Source: a virus. From it: a DNA stretch of 64,000 nt. Where the stretch lies: IMG/VR virus record IMGVR_UViG_3300042235_000109. One strand, given 5' to 3'. A program made the position numbers and the translations under genes. A model generated the notes under the pieces. It saw only the letters and a program-made list of their open reading frames with translations, did not search any database and was not told the DNA's origin. The number at the start of each line of letters is the position of its first letter. Within the stretch, counting starts at the first letter, position 1. Shown here piece by piece: positions 1 through 9,249 of the stretch.

Positions 1-31
1 GACCTAGTATAATACATCCGGAAAGCGCCCT

Positions 32-277
32 TCACCCACACGCGCGCACCTGCTCCCGCAGGACGCCATAATCGGCGAGCATGCCGGTCAGGACCGCGCC
101 CTCCGGTAATTCCTCGACTTCATCCGCCGCGCGTCCCAGATCGGCCTGACTATATTCCACCACCGGCGGGCAGGTTGTCTGAACATCAGAACCGCCCATC
201 GCGCATGCGCTGAGCGAGAGCATCGCGATCAGCGGGGCGGCGACTGGCGGCGTCCAGCATCTGGCGTTGGATGTCAT
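32..277 (-). CDS. o-spanin-like (Rz1-like) lipoprotein
   Basis: Lipobox-like LSAC after a hydrophobic stretch; overlaps the upstream gene in another frame; last gene of lysis cluster. Confidence 0.6.
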   Translation of the reverse strand: MTSNARCWTPPVAAPLIAMLSLSACAMGGSDVQTTCPPVVEYSQADLGRAADEVEELPEGAVLTGMLADYGVLREQVRACG

Positions 278-437
278 GGGTTTTCTCCGATGTTGAAAGG
301 CGTTCCGCCAGCCGCCCGGCGCGTTCCCCGGCGCGGCGGAGGTTCAGGAGGAACAGGACGGTGGTGATTGCTGCCAGGATAAGGCCCAGCGCTGTGCGCG
401 TCGGGCCGCTGGAGAGGATGGTGGTGATCCAGCCCAT
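186..437 (-). CDS. i-spanin-like (Rz-like) membrane protein
   Basis: One N-terminal TM helix then a helical charged region; directly after endolysin. Confidence 0.6.
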   Translation of the reverse strand: MGWITTILSSGPTRTALGLILAAITTVLFLLNLRRAGERAGRLAERLSTSEKTHDIQRQMLDAASRRPADRDALAQRMRDGRF

Positions 438-1111
438 CAGCGCTGCCCCCGCTTCCAGTCATCGATCCGGGCATGGATGGCGACGGCGATGCCGAGCAGG
501 GCCAGAACGATGAAGACCCAGCGCAGGGTGTCGAGATAAGGCACCAGCGGCAGGATTGCGGATTGCGTCTCGGCAAGGACATCCTGCGCCACTTCGACAC
601 CGGCGGCACCGACCGTGGCAACCCCGGCCGTCCCGCCACCTTTCAGGGTGCGGCTGTCAGCCAGCACCTCGCGGGCAGGGGCGACCTCCGGCACGAAGGG
701 CGTCGCGCGGGGAGGGAAGGGATCGCCCCAGCTGCGCGCGGGCCCGAGATCGATATGCATGAAGCCCGAGCGGGGGTAATATCCGAAGCCGAGGAACCCC
801 ACCGCGCGGGCTGCGGCCTCAAAGGCAACGGGGTCATGGTTCGACATGGCGATATCAAACGCGGTGCCCTGCATGTGTTTCGATGCCGGTGCCCCGCCGA
901 CCGCGCGGTTGTGGCTGGGGCTGCGATAGGCGGAGCGCACGATCAGCGGCTTGCCGAGGCGGTTGCGCAGAGACTGCAGCTTGTCCAGCGCCTCCGTGTT
1001 GATCTTGATCGCGCCCTCGCCGCGCGATGCAATCTCGGCGGGCGAGAAGCTGGGCCAGCGCCAGGCGCTGTCGGGAACGTCGCGGTAATGGGCATAGGTG
1101 GTGGTCGGCAT
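437..1111 (-). CDS. Endolysin, peptidase M15A/YcbK family, with C-terminal TM segment
   Basis: SAYRS..HN..VGGA..SKH..G.AFDI and FMHID Zn-peptidase motifs. Confidence 0.85.
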   Translation of the reverse strand: MPTTTYAHYRDVPDSAWRWPSFSPAEIASRGEGAIKINTEALDKLQSLRNRLGKPLIVRSAYRSPSHNRAVGGAPASKHMQGTAFDIAMSNHDPVAFEAAARAVGFLGFGYYPRSGFMHIDLGPARSWGDPFPPRATPFVPEVAPAREVLADSRTLKGGGTAGVATVGAAGVEVAQDVLAETQSAILPLVPYLDTLRWVFIVLALLGIAVAIHARIDDWKRGQR

Positions 1112-1130
1112 GATGGGTCTCCAGAAATGC

Positions 1131-1154
1131 AAAACCCGCCTGCAGTGGGCGGGT
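1131..1154 (-). terminator. Possible intrinsic terminator between holin-like gene and endolysin
   Basis: ACCCGCC-loop-GGCGGGT stem with a short T run on the minus strand. Confidence 0.45.
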
Positions 1155-1186
1155 CGGGTGGGGTGGCTTGGTGATGGGCGCGATCG

Positions 1187-1495
1187 TCAGTCGGTGCGGC
1201 CGCGCTGGAACGCCTCGAACATCAGATCGCGCATGGCGCGGATGTCGGTCTCGATGCGCTCCAGCCGGTCGGCATCGCCCTTGCGGTCCTCGGCGCGCTG
1301 GCGGTCCACGCGGTCGCGTTCGGCCAGCAGCTCGCGATCCAAACGCACCAGCATCGCGTCATTGGTGAAGGCGCGGCGCGTGACGGCGGCGAGGAGGGCT
1401 ATGAAGCCGCCGATCAGCGCAGTGATGGCGGCGGTCAGGCCATTGTCGCGCAAGGCCGCGCCGACCTCCTGCAGCAGGGGCGTTCGTTCGGTCAT
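1187..1495 (-). CDS. Holin-like membrane protein
   Basis: One TM helix plus coiled C-terminus, upstream of endolysin. Confidence 0.45.
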   Translation of the reverse strand: MTERTPLLQEVGAALRDNGLTAAITALIGGFIALLAAVTRRAFTNDAMLVRLDRELLAERDRVDRQRAEDRKGDADRLERIETDIRAMRDLMFEAFQRGRTD

Positions 1496-1554
1496 GGTGA
1501 TATCCTTTGGTCGGGGGCTGGTGTTGGTGTGCAACAGGGGTGTGCCGGTGTGCC

Positions 1555-2631
1555 TCATCCGACCTTGCAGCCCCAGAATGAGGTGTGATTGGCGGCGAAG
1601 AAGCCGTCTGCGACCCGGAAATAGCCCTGCAACTCGACGGTATCGCCCGCGACCAGCGTCACCATGGTTTGCAGCCAGAGCGCTGTGGCGAGAGAGACGT
1701 GGCCGCCGCTGATCTCACCGAAGGAGCCGCGGATTTCGGTCGTGCCGTTCAGCACCAGCCGTCCGCGCATCCGCGCCGTGGCACTGGCATTGATTTTGTA
1801 GAGCAGCGTCGCGCCGAAGAGGTAGGTGCCGGAGGCGGGCGCGGTGAAGAGGCCGGTCGCAGCGTCGAACACGCTCTGATCGTTGCTCTCGGTCATGTTG
1901 ATGCCGATCTTCGTCCAGGTCCCGACGCCCACGTGATTGTCGAAGTTGGTCCAGGCCTTGAAGCGCGGCAGCCGGGGTTGATCGACGATGCCGGTGACAT
2001 TGTCGACGATGAGGCCATCGAAGAAGGTGCTGCCATCGGGCGAGACCGCGAGGCGGAAGCGGTCAGAGCCGAAGAGCCCCAGCAGCGCCTTGGTCACGAA
2101 GCCTGTCTGCAGCGTCAGGCCGAGATCATCGGCGCTGCTCTCCTTGTTCATCGTGTAGAACAGATCGCCTGTGCCACCCTCGGCGACGGTCTTCGCTGTC
2201 CAGAGTGCCGCGTTCAGCTTGGCCGAGAACGGATTGGCGGCGTCGGCGGTGGTGCCCAGCCCCAGCAGCGCCATGTTCTGCAACGCATCCGGCGTGCTTC
2301 CGACCCAGCCCGCGCCGTCATAGACCAGCAGCATACCCTCGTCTTCGACCCATGCGCGCCAGCCGGGGCGCGGCACCAGCCGCATCCAGACGCCATCGAC
2401 CCAATATGCCACGTTCAGGTCCCAGCCTGCCCAGTCGCCGGTCGCGCTCGAGGCGACGATGTGGCGGTCGCCGTCAGCAGGGCTGGCGGGTGGGGCTGTC
2501 AGATCCCGGTCAAGCACCGACAGTTGCACCATGGCATCCAGCAGGCGCAGGGCCTCATTGTGGGTGACATGCTTCTGCGCCTGCGATGCCAGAATGTAGG
2601 GCAGCAGGAGATGGGTGGTGATGTCGGACAT
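1555..2631 (-). CDS. DUF2793 tail-associated protein with C-terminal C1q/TNF-like domain (putative receptor-binding fibre)
   Basis: N-terminal LPYILASQAQKHVTHNEAL motif; C-terminal FDAATGLFTAPASGTYLF...TSFWG C1q-like pattern. Confidence 0.8.
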   Translation of the reverse strand: MSDITTHLLLPYILASQAQKHVTHNEALRLLDAMVQLSVLDRDLTAPPASPADGDRHIVASSATGDWAGWDLNVAYWVDGVWMRLVPRPGWRAWVEDEGMLLVYDGAGWVGSTPDALQNMALLGLGTTADAANPFSAKLNAALWTAKTVAEGGTGDLFYTMNKESSADDLGLTLQTGFVTKALLGLFGSDRFRLAVSPDGSTFFDGLIVDNVTGIVDQPRLPRFKAWTNFDNHVGVGTWTKIGINMTESNDQSVFDAATGLFTAPASGTYLFGATLLYKINASATARMRGRLVLNGTTEIRGSFGEISGGHVSLATALWLQTMVTLVAGDTVELQGYFRVADGFFAANHTSFWGCKVG

Positions 2632-2641
2632 GAGAGGGCTT

Positions 2642-5600
2642 TCAGAATGTGAGCGTGATGGTTCTGGCTGCACCGCGCCCGATCAGGGCGGAAAGCTGGA
2701 AGATGCGCAGCTCAAGACTTTCGCCGGGGCCAAGCAGCGCGCCCCAATCGGCGGTCTGTTGGGCGGCCGTGTAGAGGGCCGAGGTCGTGGCAACTTGTAA
2801 GGTTCTCTTAACAGTTGCCCCGTCGCGGATCTCGACCTCGTAGGCTTCAGTTTCCTCCGCGAGCGGCGCGTCGACCGCGCCCCAGCTGTCGGCCGCGAGC
2901 GACCGCGACCGCCGCGTCCAGCGGATCGTCAGATCGCCGGGCGTGCGCGGCCTGCGCCATGGCTGCGCGACATGGGCAACCGAGAAGGGGCGCAGCCCGA
3001 CGCCTTCGGGGGTGAACTCCACCGCGGTGTAGGTCTCGTCGCTCACGGGCTTAGAGGCCGGGCCGATGCGCCAGTTCCATGGCAGACCGAGATCAGCTTC
3101 GGAAACTGGCAGCGAGGTCAATGCCGTGTCCAGCACCACGACGCGCGCGCCCGTGGACACAACGCTGGCGATGACACCTTCGGTGCCGCGCTGGCCGCGC
3201 AGCAACCGGGTCAGGCGGTAACGCCCCGGCGCGACGAGTTCGGCCGTGCCCGCCTGGACAATCTCCCAGAGCCCCGGACTGGTCTCCACGGCCAGCGCAT
3301 TCGCCCCGCCGAAGAGGGCGAGATCGGTGACGCTTTCCAAGGTGCCAGAATAGAGATCGACCAGCAGCGCATTGCCAAGATCGAAGCGCGACACCGGCCC
3401 GGCATGGAAATCCGCCGCCAGCACGCCCATGCGTGCTCGCGTGCCAAATGTGGTCAGCAGGGAAAACCCATCCGTCGCCGCACTTCGGTAGACGGCAATC
3501 TCACCCGGCCATGGCCTGGCATGGCCCGCAATCAACGGCCGATGCGCAGGCTGATCCTCGCGCAGCTGCGGCAGGTCCATGAGTATGATCTCAGGCGCGC
3601 CAAACACTGTCGGTGTCGAGAGCGTGGTCGGGCGCCGCTCGCCGGGCGGCAGGTCATAGACGGCGCGGTCCTGACGCACGGCGTCAATGCTGCGCAGGTC
3701 GGAATCGGCGATGGACACGAGGCGCATTTCCGTCAGGCGGCCATCGTGATCGAGCAGGATCACGTCCGCCGGATCCAGTGCCAGACGCGACGGCGGCAGA
3801 CGGAACGCCGCAGTTTCGCGGCCAACCCAGGCCTCCATGAGGGCGCGGCGGCAGCGGCGCTCGGCCGCCTCGGGCGGCACCGCTATCGGGAAGGCCTCGG
3901 ACGCGATGCGCGCGGTGTCCACCGTGATGCGCCGGGCCTCGACCTGAGCCGCGTCGTAATCCTCGTCGGCGCGGGCAACCTGCCACTTCAGGGCCTGGGG
4001 CAGTTCGGTTTCCTGCGCGCGGGTCAGCTCCATCCCATCGCCCGATCCTGACGATGGCGCGACCATGCCGTCGGGGGTGATGGTCACGCTGGCGATCCGG
4101 CCGCGCATCAGGAACCGGATGCGGCCTTCGCTTTCCACCGCATCGAACCCGAAATGCCGCGCCAGGGTGCCGAGCGAGGCGCGCGGCGCTTCCAGTGCCG
4201 AAATCACATAGCCTTCGACCGCGCCCCATAACTCGGAGACGTCGATTTGTTCCTCGGGAAGCCCGGCGCGCAGGCAGAGCTGGCGCACCAATGCCGCCAG
4301 CGACACAGCCCCCAGCCGCCCGGTGAGCCAGTGCCCGAGCCGCCAGTTCGGGCCATCGCTCCAGATGTCGGTCAGTTCGGGAAAGAACGGATAGGGCCGG
4401 GCATCCCAGGTCCAGGCGGCGCAGTCGGGCAGATGCACCATCGGCGCGCCATAGGCGGAAGACACCGGATTGTTCGCGGCCGCGCCCCACCAGAGATAGC
4501 TGGCCTCCAGATACGCCCGCTGGATCGCATCATCCCGCCAGCCGCGCGAGAAGTAGGGCACCTGGCTTTCCGAGGACTTCGGGTCGAAGAACACATTCGG
4601 CTGGTTGGTACCGCGATCAATCGCCGGGCAGCCCAGTTCGGTGAACCAGACGGGCTTGGATTGCGGCACCCACGCTGTGGGCGTCGCGACCTCCACCCCA
4701 CCGGGGCGGTTAAAGTGTTGCTCCGACCACCACGCACGCAGATCCTTGAAGCGGAACACCCATGGTTTTGGCGGAAACATCTTCTGGCGCAGCCATTCAC
4801 CAAGAGCACCGAAATCATCAAAGGCGTCGGTCTCAACCTCGATATAACCGTAGACACGGTAAGAGCCGGGATTGATCGTGGCATATTTCCCGAAGGTCGC
4901 CCGAGGAACATTGAGTCCGGTGACATCGCTGTTGTTCTGCGACGCAATCACGCGGAAGCGCCGATAGATGGCAGCATGCAGGGCGTTGCGCTGGTCTGGG
5001 ACAAGCACACCATCGACAGTGATATCTCCGCCCAACACGTTGACCGGCCCCGCGTTGCTTGGGTGCGAAAGGCCAACGTAAAAACCCAGCGTGCCTTCAA
5101 AAGAGCGCAGGGTGTGCCAGGTCAGGGCATTCGTGTAACCGGCCATGGCGATTGAGACCGATGACGAGTAGACGCCGGTCATGTCGAAGTAGAGGAAGCG
5201 GTCAATGGTGAAATCGAGAAAGGGTGCGGCGTTCTCCTGCCCAAGAACGGGCCTGTGCACAAGGTCGGGTTGGATGGCGTGATGACCATTGCCGCTCTTG
5301 TCATCAATACGCGCAACAAGCTGGCCGATGGTGGTCACAGGGATCGTGCCCTCAATGTCCTGCCATAGCGTCGCACGGTCGGACGGATCAAACCAGGCAC
5401 CCTGACGGCCAGAGATGAATTCTAGCGCCGGATCGAAGGTCGAAGGCACTGCCCCGTCAGTGATCGGCGTGCGTATCTGCACAGCGCGGTCAGGGTCGCT
5501 GGCATAGAACCACTCGAACCCCTCTCCCCCCGCGATGTTGCTATGCAGGTAGGCGCGGTCGTAGATCTCGGGCCAGCCTTGCACGGCATCGGCATGGTCA

Positions 5601-7291
5601 AACCCGTCGCGCCAGTCCGAGAGCGGCATGTAGTTATCAATGCCGATGAAGGTGATGCCGGGATCCGCCCAGAGCGGATCGAGATGGAAGAACACATCGC
5701 CTGATCCATCGCTGGGCTGATGCCCGAAGTATTCCGACCAGTCGGCGGCATAGCTGATCGCGGTGCTTGCGCCGAGGATTGAGTCAACATCAGCAGCAAG
5801 GGATTTGAACGCGGTGACGGCGGGATAGGTCGCGGCCCCGCTCCGGATCGTGGTGAGCCCGGGCATCTCCGAGCCGATCAGAAAGGCGTCGACCCCGCCC
5901 GCCACGGCGCAGAGATGCGCGTAATGCAACACCATCCGGCGCAGGCCCCAGTCGTCCAGAGGTCCGGCCCAGCTGACAGCATCCCCAGACAGGCTGAAAC
6001 TGGCAGGCGTCGCGCCCCCAAAGAAGGCCGTGACCTGTGCGGCGGCTGCAGCGGTTTTGTCGACGCTCCCGGCAAAACCCGCTGCAGGCGAAGCGGTGAT
6101 CCGCCCCCGCCAGGGAAAAGCTGGCTGGCCCGTCACCGCTTCATTGTCGGAATACGGGTCGGGCAGGCTGTTGCCGGGGGGCACATCCATCAGGATGAAG
6201 GGATAGAAGGTCACCCGCAGCCCGCGCGCCTTGATCTCCCGGATCGCCTGAACCACCGCGAAATCCGCCGGTGTGCCGCCAAAGACCGGGCGGTCGTCGC
6301 TGTCGCGGCTGACGAGATGCGCAGCCGCCCGCGCCACGCCATTCACCGACCAGGCGACGGGCGTTGTGATCTTGACGGGCAGTTCCACACCGGGCCGGAT
6401 CCTGCACTGCCCGGCCCGCAGGTCATCGCCGAACCAGGCCACCACGAGGCTGACGCTCTCGATGCCCGGGACCGAGGCCTGCAGCCGGTCGAGCGCCACG
6501 ACGATATCGGAGGTGTCGGAAATCGCGTTCAGGTTCTCGGCGCGGGTGGCCCCGCCCGGACCGGAGAGCCGCCGGATTGGCTGCGTGGCATAGATGAACT
6601 CGCCCGAGGCCGGGATCATCGTGACGGCCCGCACCAGTCCTTCGGCGGTGTCGGGATCGTCCAATGGGCGAAACACCTCGAAGGAGAGCTGCGGCAGGCG
6701 GTTGCCGAAGGCGGAGAGGGCGAGTTCTTCGAAGACCACATAGGCGGTGCCGCGAAAGCCGGGCGTTTGGCCTGCCCCCATCCTGGCGGCAATGAACGGA
6801 TCGGGCTCCTGCGCCTCGTCACCCGGATACCAGCGCCAGGTGACGCCCGAGAGATCCATCGGCTTGCCATCGGCCCAGATGCGCCCCACGCCGGTCACTT
6901 CGCCCTCCGAGAGCGCCACGGCGAAGGAGGCAAAGTAGAGAAACTCCGTGGTGGTGACCTTGGGCCCGCCGCCCTTGCCGCCGCCCTGACGGCTGGTCTT
7001 TGTCTCCTCGCGGAAATCCGTGGCCCAGATGATATTGCCGCCGATGCGCATCCGCCCGAAGAGGCGCGGGATCACCGCGCCTTCGGTCGAGGAGGTGATG
7101 CGCAGGCTGTCGAGGCGCTGGCCTTCGATCCGCTGGGCGGGGGCCAGCGACGAGACGATCCAGGTGTCGACCACCGACCCGATGGAGGAGCCGACAAAAC
7201 CGCCGATGGTGGCGGCGGACAGCCCAAGGATGCTGCCGCCGATCGAGCCGCCAATGGCGGTGCCGACGGCACCGAGGACAAGGGTTGCCAT
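2642..7291 (-). CDS. GTA-like baseplate multidomain protein (megatron / host-specificity protein), with an internal insertion
   Basis: GTA TIM-barrel motifs (PASGEF, YAADWSEY, GIDNYMPLSDWRDG, WFTELGCPAIDRGTNQPNVF) and C-terminal tail domains. Confidence 0.9.
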   Translation of the reverse strand: MATLVLGAVGTAIGGSIGGSILGLSAATIGGFVGSSIGSVVDTWIVSSLAPAQRIEGQRLDSLRITSSTEGAVIPRLFGRMRIGGNIIWATDFREETKTSRQGGGKGGGPKVTTTEFLYFASFAVALSEGEVTGVGRIWADGKPMDLSGVTWRWYPGDEAQEPDPFIAARMGAGQTPGFRGTAYVVFEELALSAFGNRLPQLSFEVFRPLDDPDTAEGLVRAVTMIPASGEFIYATQPIRRLSGPGGATRAENLNAISDTSDIVVALDRLQASVPGIESVSLVVAWFGDDLRAGQCRIRPGVELPVKITTPVAWSVNGVARAAAHLVSRDSDDRPVFGGTPADFAVVQAIREIKARGLRVTFYPFILMDVPPGNSLPDPYSDNEAVTGQPAFPWRGRITASPAAGFAGSVDKTAAAAAQVTAFFGGATPASFSLSGDAVSWAGPLDDWGLRRMVLHYAHLCAVAGGVDAFLIGSEMPGLTTIRSGAATYPAVTAFKSLAADVDSILGASTAISYAADWSEYFGHQPSDGSGDVFFHLDPLWADPGITFIGIDNYMPLSDWRDGFDHADAVQGWPEIYDRAYLHSNIAGGEGFEWFYASDPDRAVQIRTPITDGAVPSTFDPALEFISGRQGAWFDPSDRATLWQDIEGTIPVTTIGQLVARIDDKSGNGHHAIQPDLVHRPVLGQENAAPFLDFTIDRFLYFDMTGVYSSSVSIAMAGYTNALTWHTLRSFEGTLGFYVGLSHPSNAGPVNVLGGDITVDGVLVPDQRNALHAAIYRRFRVIASQNNSDVTGLNVPRATFGKYATINPGSYRVYGYIEVETDAFDDFGALGEWLRQKMFPPKPWVFRFKDLRAWWSEQHFNRPGGVEVATPTAWVPQSKPVWFTELGCPAIDRGTNQPNVFFDPKSSESQVPYFSRGWRDDAIQRAYLEASYLWWGAAANNPVSSAYGAPMVHLPDCAAWTWDARPYPFFPELTDIWSDGPNWRLGHWLTGRLGAVSLAALVRQLCLRAGLPEEQIDVSELWGAVEGYVISALEAPRASLGTLARHFGFDAVESEGRIRFLMRGRIASVTITPDGMVAPSSGSGDGMELTRAQETELPQALKWQVARADEDYDAAQVEARRITVDTARIASEAFPIAVPPEAAERRCRRALMEAWVGRETAAFRLPPSRLALDPADVILLDHDGRLTEMRLVSIADSDLRSIDAVRQDRAVYDLPPGERRPTTLSTPTVFGAPEIILMDLPQLREDQPAHRPLIAGHARPWPGEIAVYRSAATDGFSLLTTFGTRARMGVLAADFHAGPVSRFDLGNALLVDLYSGTLESVTDLALFGGANALAVETSPGLWEIVQAGTAELVAPGRYRLTRLLRGQRGTEGVIASVVSTGARVVVLDTALTSLPVSEADLGLPWNWRIGPASKPVSDETYTAVEFTPEGVGLRPFSVAHVAQPWRRPRTPGDLTIRWTRRSRSLAADSWGAVDAPLAEETEAYEVEIRDGATVKRTLQVATTSALYTAAQQTADWGALLGPGESLELRIFQLSALIGRGAARTITLTF

Positions 7292-7301
7292 GATGAAACA
7301 C

Positions 7302-7745
7302 TCAGATGTTGCTGGAGCGCGGGAAAAGGAAGGCGAAGGCGATGCGCCGCCGCCAGCCGGGGGTGAGCGGTTGCTCGATCACGCCAAGGTGCTCATAGGC
7401 GTGGATGAAGCTTTGCGGGCCGGTGAGGATCCCGACATGCTTGGCGATGGCGCGGGGTGCCATGCGAAAGAGCACCAGCGCGCCGGGCGGTGCATCGGCG
7501 GGTGCTGTTTCCATCATCATGCGGCGCGCCCCCTCGGCCAGCACTTCACGCGGGCCCATCTCGCCCCAGTCCCGGCTGTAGGGCGGGATCGGGAAGGGCT
7601 CGTCGCCCACCACCTCGCGCCAGACGCCGCGCGCAAGGCCGAGGCAATCGCAACCGACACCCCGCAGGCTGGCCTGATCGTGATAGGGCGTGCCGCGCCA
7701 GCGGCGGGCGGTGGCAATGACAAGGGCAGGATCGGCGGTCATCAC
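7302..7745 (-). CDS. NlpC/P60 tail-associated cell-wall peptidase
   Basis: GTPYHDQ..GCDCLGL and KHVGI...FIHAY motifs. Confidence 0.9.
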   Translation of the reverse strand: MMTADPALVIATARRWRGTPYHDQASLRGVGCDCLGLARGVWREVVGDEPFPIPPYSRDWGEMGPREVLAEGARRMMMETAPADAPPGALVLFRMAPRAIAKHVGILTGPQSFIHAYEHLGVIEQPLTPGWRRRIAFAFLFPRSSNI

Positions 7746-8626
7746 AGAACGCCTCCGTCATGGCTGCCATCTTGCGACGCATATCTGAGGACCGCGTCTT
7801 GCCCCGGGATATGTGGGAAGCCCCGGAAGTTGGGGGTGTTGGCGAACTTGCCCGTGCAGGTGGCGATGCGCTTGTCGCAGCCTGCGCGCGCGATGAAACT
7901 GTCGCCCTCAGCGATGGCGCGGACCGGCGCTTCCAGCAGGGTCAGTGTCGCGTTGCTCCCCTCCAGCTCATGCGCCAGCACCTCGGTGATGCGCCCGGCA
8001 TTCGCCCCGCTGGTCCATGTGAGGGTCCCGGCGGCAAACCACCCGGCCTCAAACCCTGCGAGCCCCGAGGCCCGGAAGGCGCGGTCGCGCAGCAGGTCGG
8101 TCACCACGCCTGTGCCCTTGTAGATCGCGTTTTCCAGATCGATGCCGCAGCGCGCATCGCCAAGTTCCGCGTCGCACCCCGCCTGAAACGTCCGTCCGAC
8201 TGTCTGGCCGAGGAGATATGCCAGGCTGCGGACCTCGGCGACAAAGGCGATCCGCCCGCGCCGGATTTGCCCGACCGCACCCCGGCGCAAGAGCACACGC
8301 TGGTTGGTGTCGGCCCAGTTGACCCGCCACAGTTCCACCGCTGCGTTGTCCCAGCGCCCGTCGAGGATGTCGCTCTCGGTGATCCGATCCGAGGTCAGAA
8401 CGCCGGTGGCATCCTGCGCATCGACCGCCAGATCGGAGCCTGCGCGGATCTCCGAGGCGGCAAAGCCGCTTTCGGGTTCAAACTCGGTGCCGTCAAAACT
8501 GAGGGTGCGGTCATGATCGGTGAAGCCGAAGCTGCCTCCATCTGTCCGGCTGATCCGCCAGCACCAGGCGAGCGTGGTGGTGCCTTCATCGAGATGGGTC
8601 TGCAGGTCTGGGGAGAGGGTCTTCAT
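7742..8626 (-). CDS. Baseplate hub protein (DUF2163 / BR0599 family)
   Basis: GFTDHDR, CDAELGDARC, GCDK...C..KF.N..NFRGFPHIPG motifs. Confidence 0.9.
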   Translation of the reverse strand: MKTLSPDLQTHLDEGTTTLAWCWRISRTDGGSFGFTDHDRTLSFDGTEFEPESGFAASEIRAGSDLAVDAQDATGVLTSDRITESDILDGRWDNAAVELWRVNWADTNQRVLLRRGAVGQIRRGRIAFVAEVRSLAYLLGQTVGRTFQAGCDAELGDARCGIDLENAIYKGTGVVTDLLRDRAFRASGLAGFEAGWFAAGTLTWTSGANAGRITEVLAHELEGSNATLTLLEAPVRAIAEGDSFIARAGCDKRIATCTGKFANTPNFRGFPHIPGQDAVLRYASQDGSHDGGVL

Positions 8627-9249
8627 CTGCGGATCTCGATGAGCGGAATGGAGGTGATCGATCCCAGCCGCTCGATATCGAGGGTGACGTCGAGCGTGTC
8701 GGTGTCAAACCGCACCGGCACGTCAAAAGCAAAACCTGCTGTAATGATCACCCCGGCTGCGGGCGGTTCGGCGAAGCTGACCACGCCGGTGTCGGTATCG
8801 ACGCTCCAGCCGGTGATCACCTCGGTGTCGTCCAGCATCACCCGCACTGAGGCCGGAACCGGTTTAGTGATGCTGCGCGTCCAGCTTTGCGCGCCCGAGA
8901 TGTAGCGTTTGATCAGCTGGAAGGTCGTGGCGAGACCATCACCCAGACCGATCTGCTGATCGGCGGGCGTGTCTTGTTGCGAGGGCAGCCCGCTTTTGTA
9001 ATCGGCCCAATCCTTGAAGCGAAACCCATGCAGGCGCCCGCCTCTCGCCTCAAAGAAGGCCACCACTGCCGCCAGATCATCGGCACGGCGGATGCCGTAG
9101 GCCACATCATAGCGACGGCGCGAATTGGCCCAGCTGGCGTTGCGCTCCTCGTCACCGCTGGCCAGTTCCACCACTTGCGTGCGCCGCTCGGGCCCGCCGC
9201 GCGCCCCGCGGCTGATGTTGTCGGGAAACCGCACCTCATGAAACGCCAT
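8623..9249 (-). CDS. Distal tail protein (DUF2460)
   Basis: FHEVRFP..ISRGARGGPERRT and FDVPVRFDTD motifs. Confidence 0.9.
   Translation of the reverse strand: MAFHEVRFPDNISRGARGGPERRTQVVELASGDEERNASWANSRRRYDVAYGIRRADDLAAVVAFFEARGGRLHGFRFKDWADYKSGLPSQQDTPADQQIGLGDGLATTFQLIKRYISGAQSWTRSITKPVPASVRVMLDDTEVITGWSVDTDTGVVSFAEPPAAGVIITAGFAFDVPVRFDTDTLDVTLDIERLGSITSIPLIEIRR

Noticed and set aside
4770..5449. Intein in the megatron gene
   Set aside because: No N-terminal Cys/Ser block, no terminal His-Asn followed by C/S/T, no LAGLIDADG motifs
1555..7291. Diversity-generating retroelement or invertible tail-fibre cassette
   Set aside because: No reverse transcriptase, invertase or template/variable repeat pair seen
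2642..9249. True gene transfer agent cluster
   Set aside because: Baseplate genes are GTA-like, but head is lambda-type, tape measure is long, and integrase, replication and cos-like site are present
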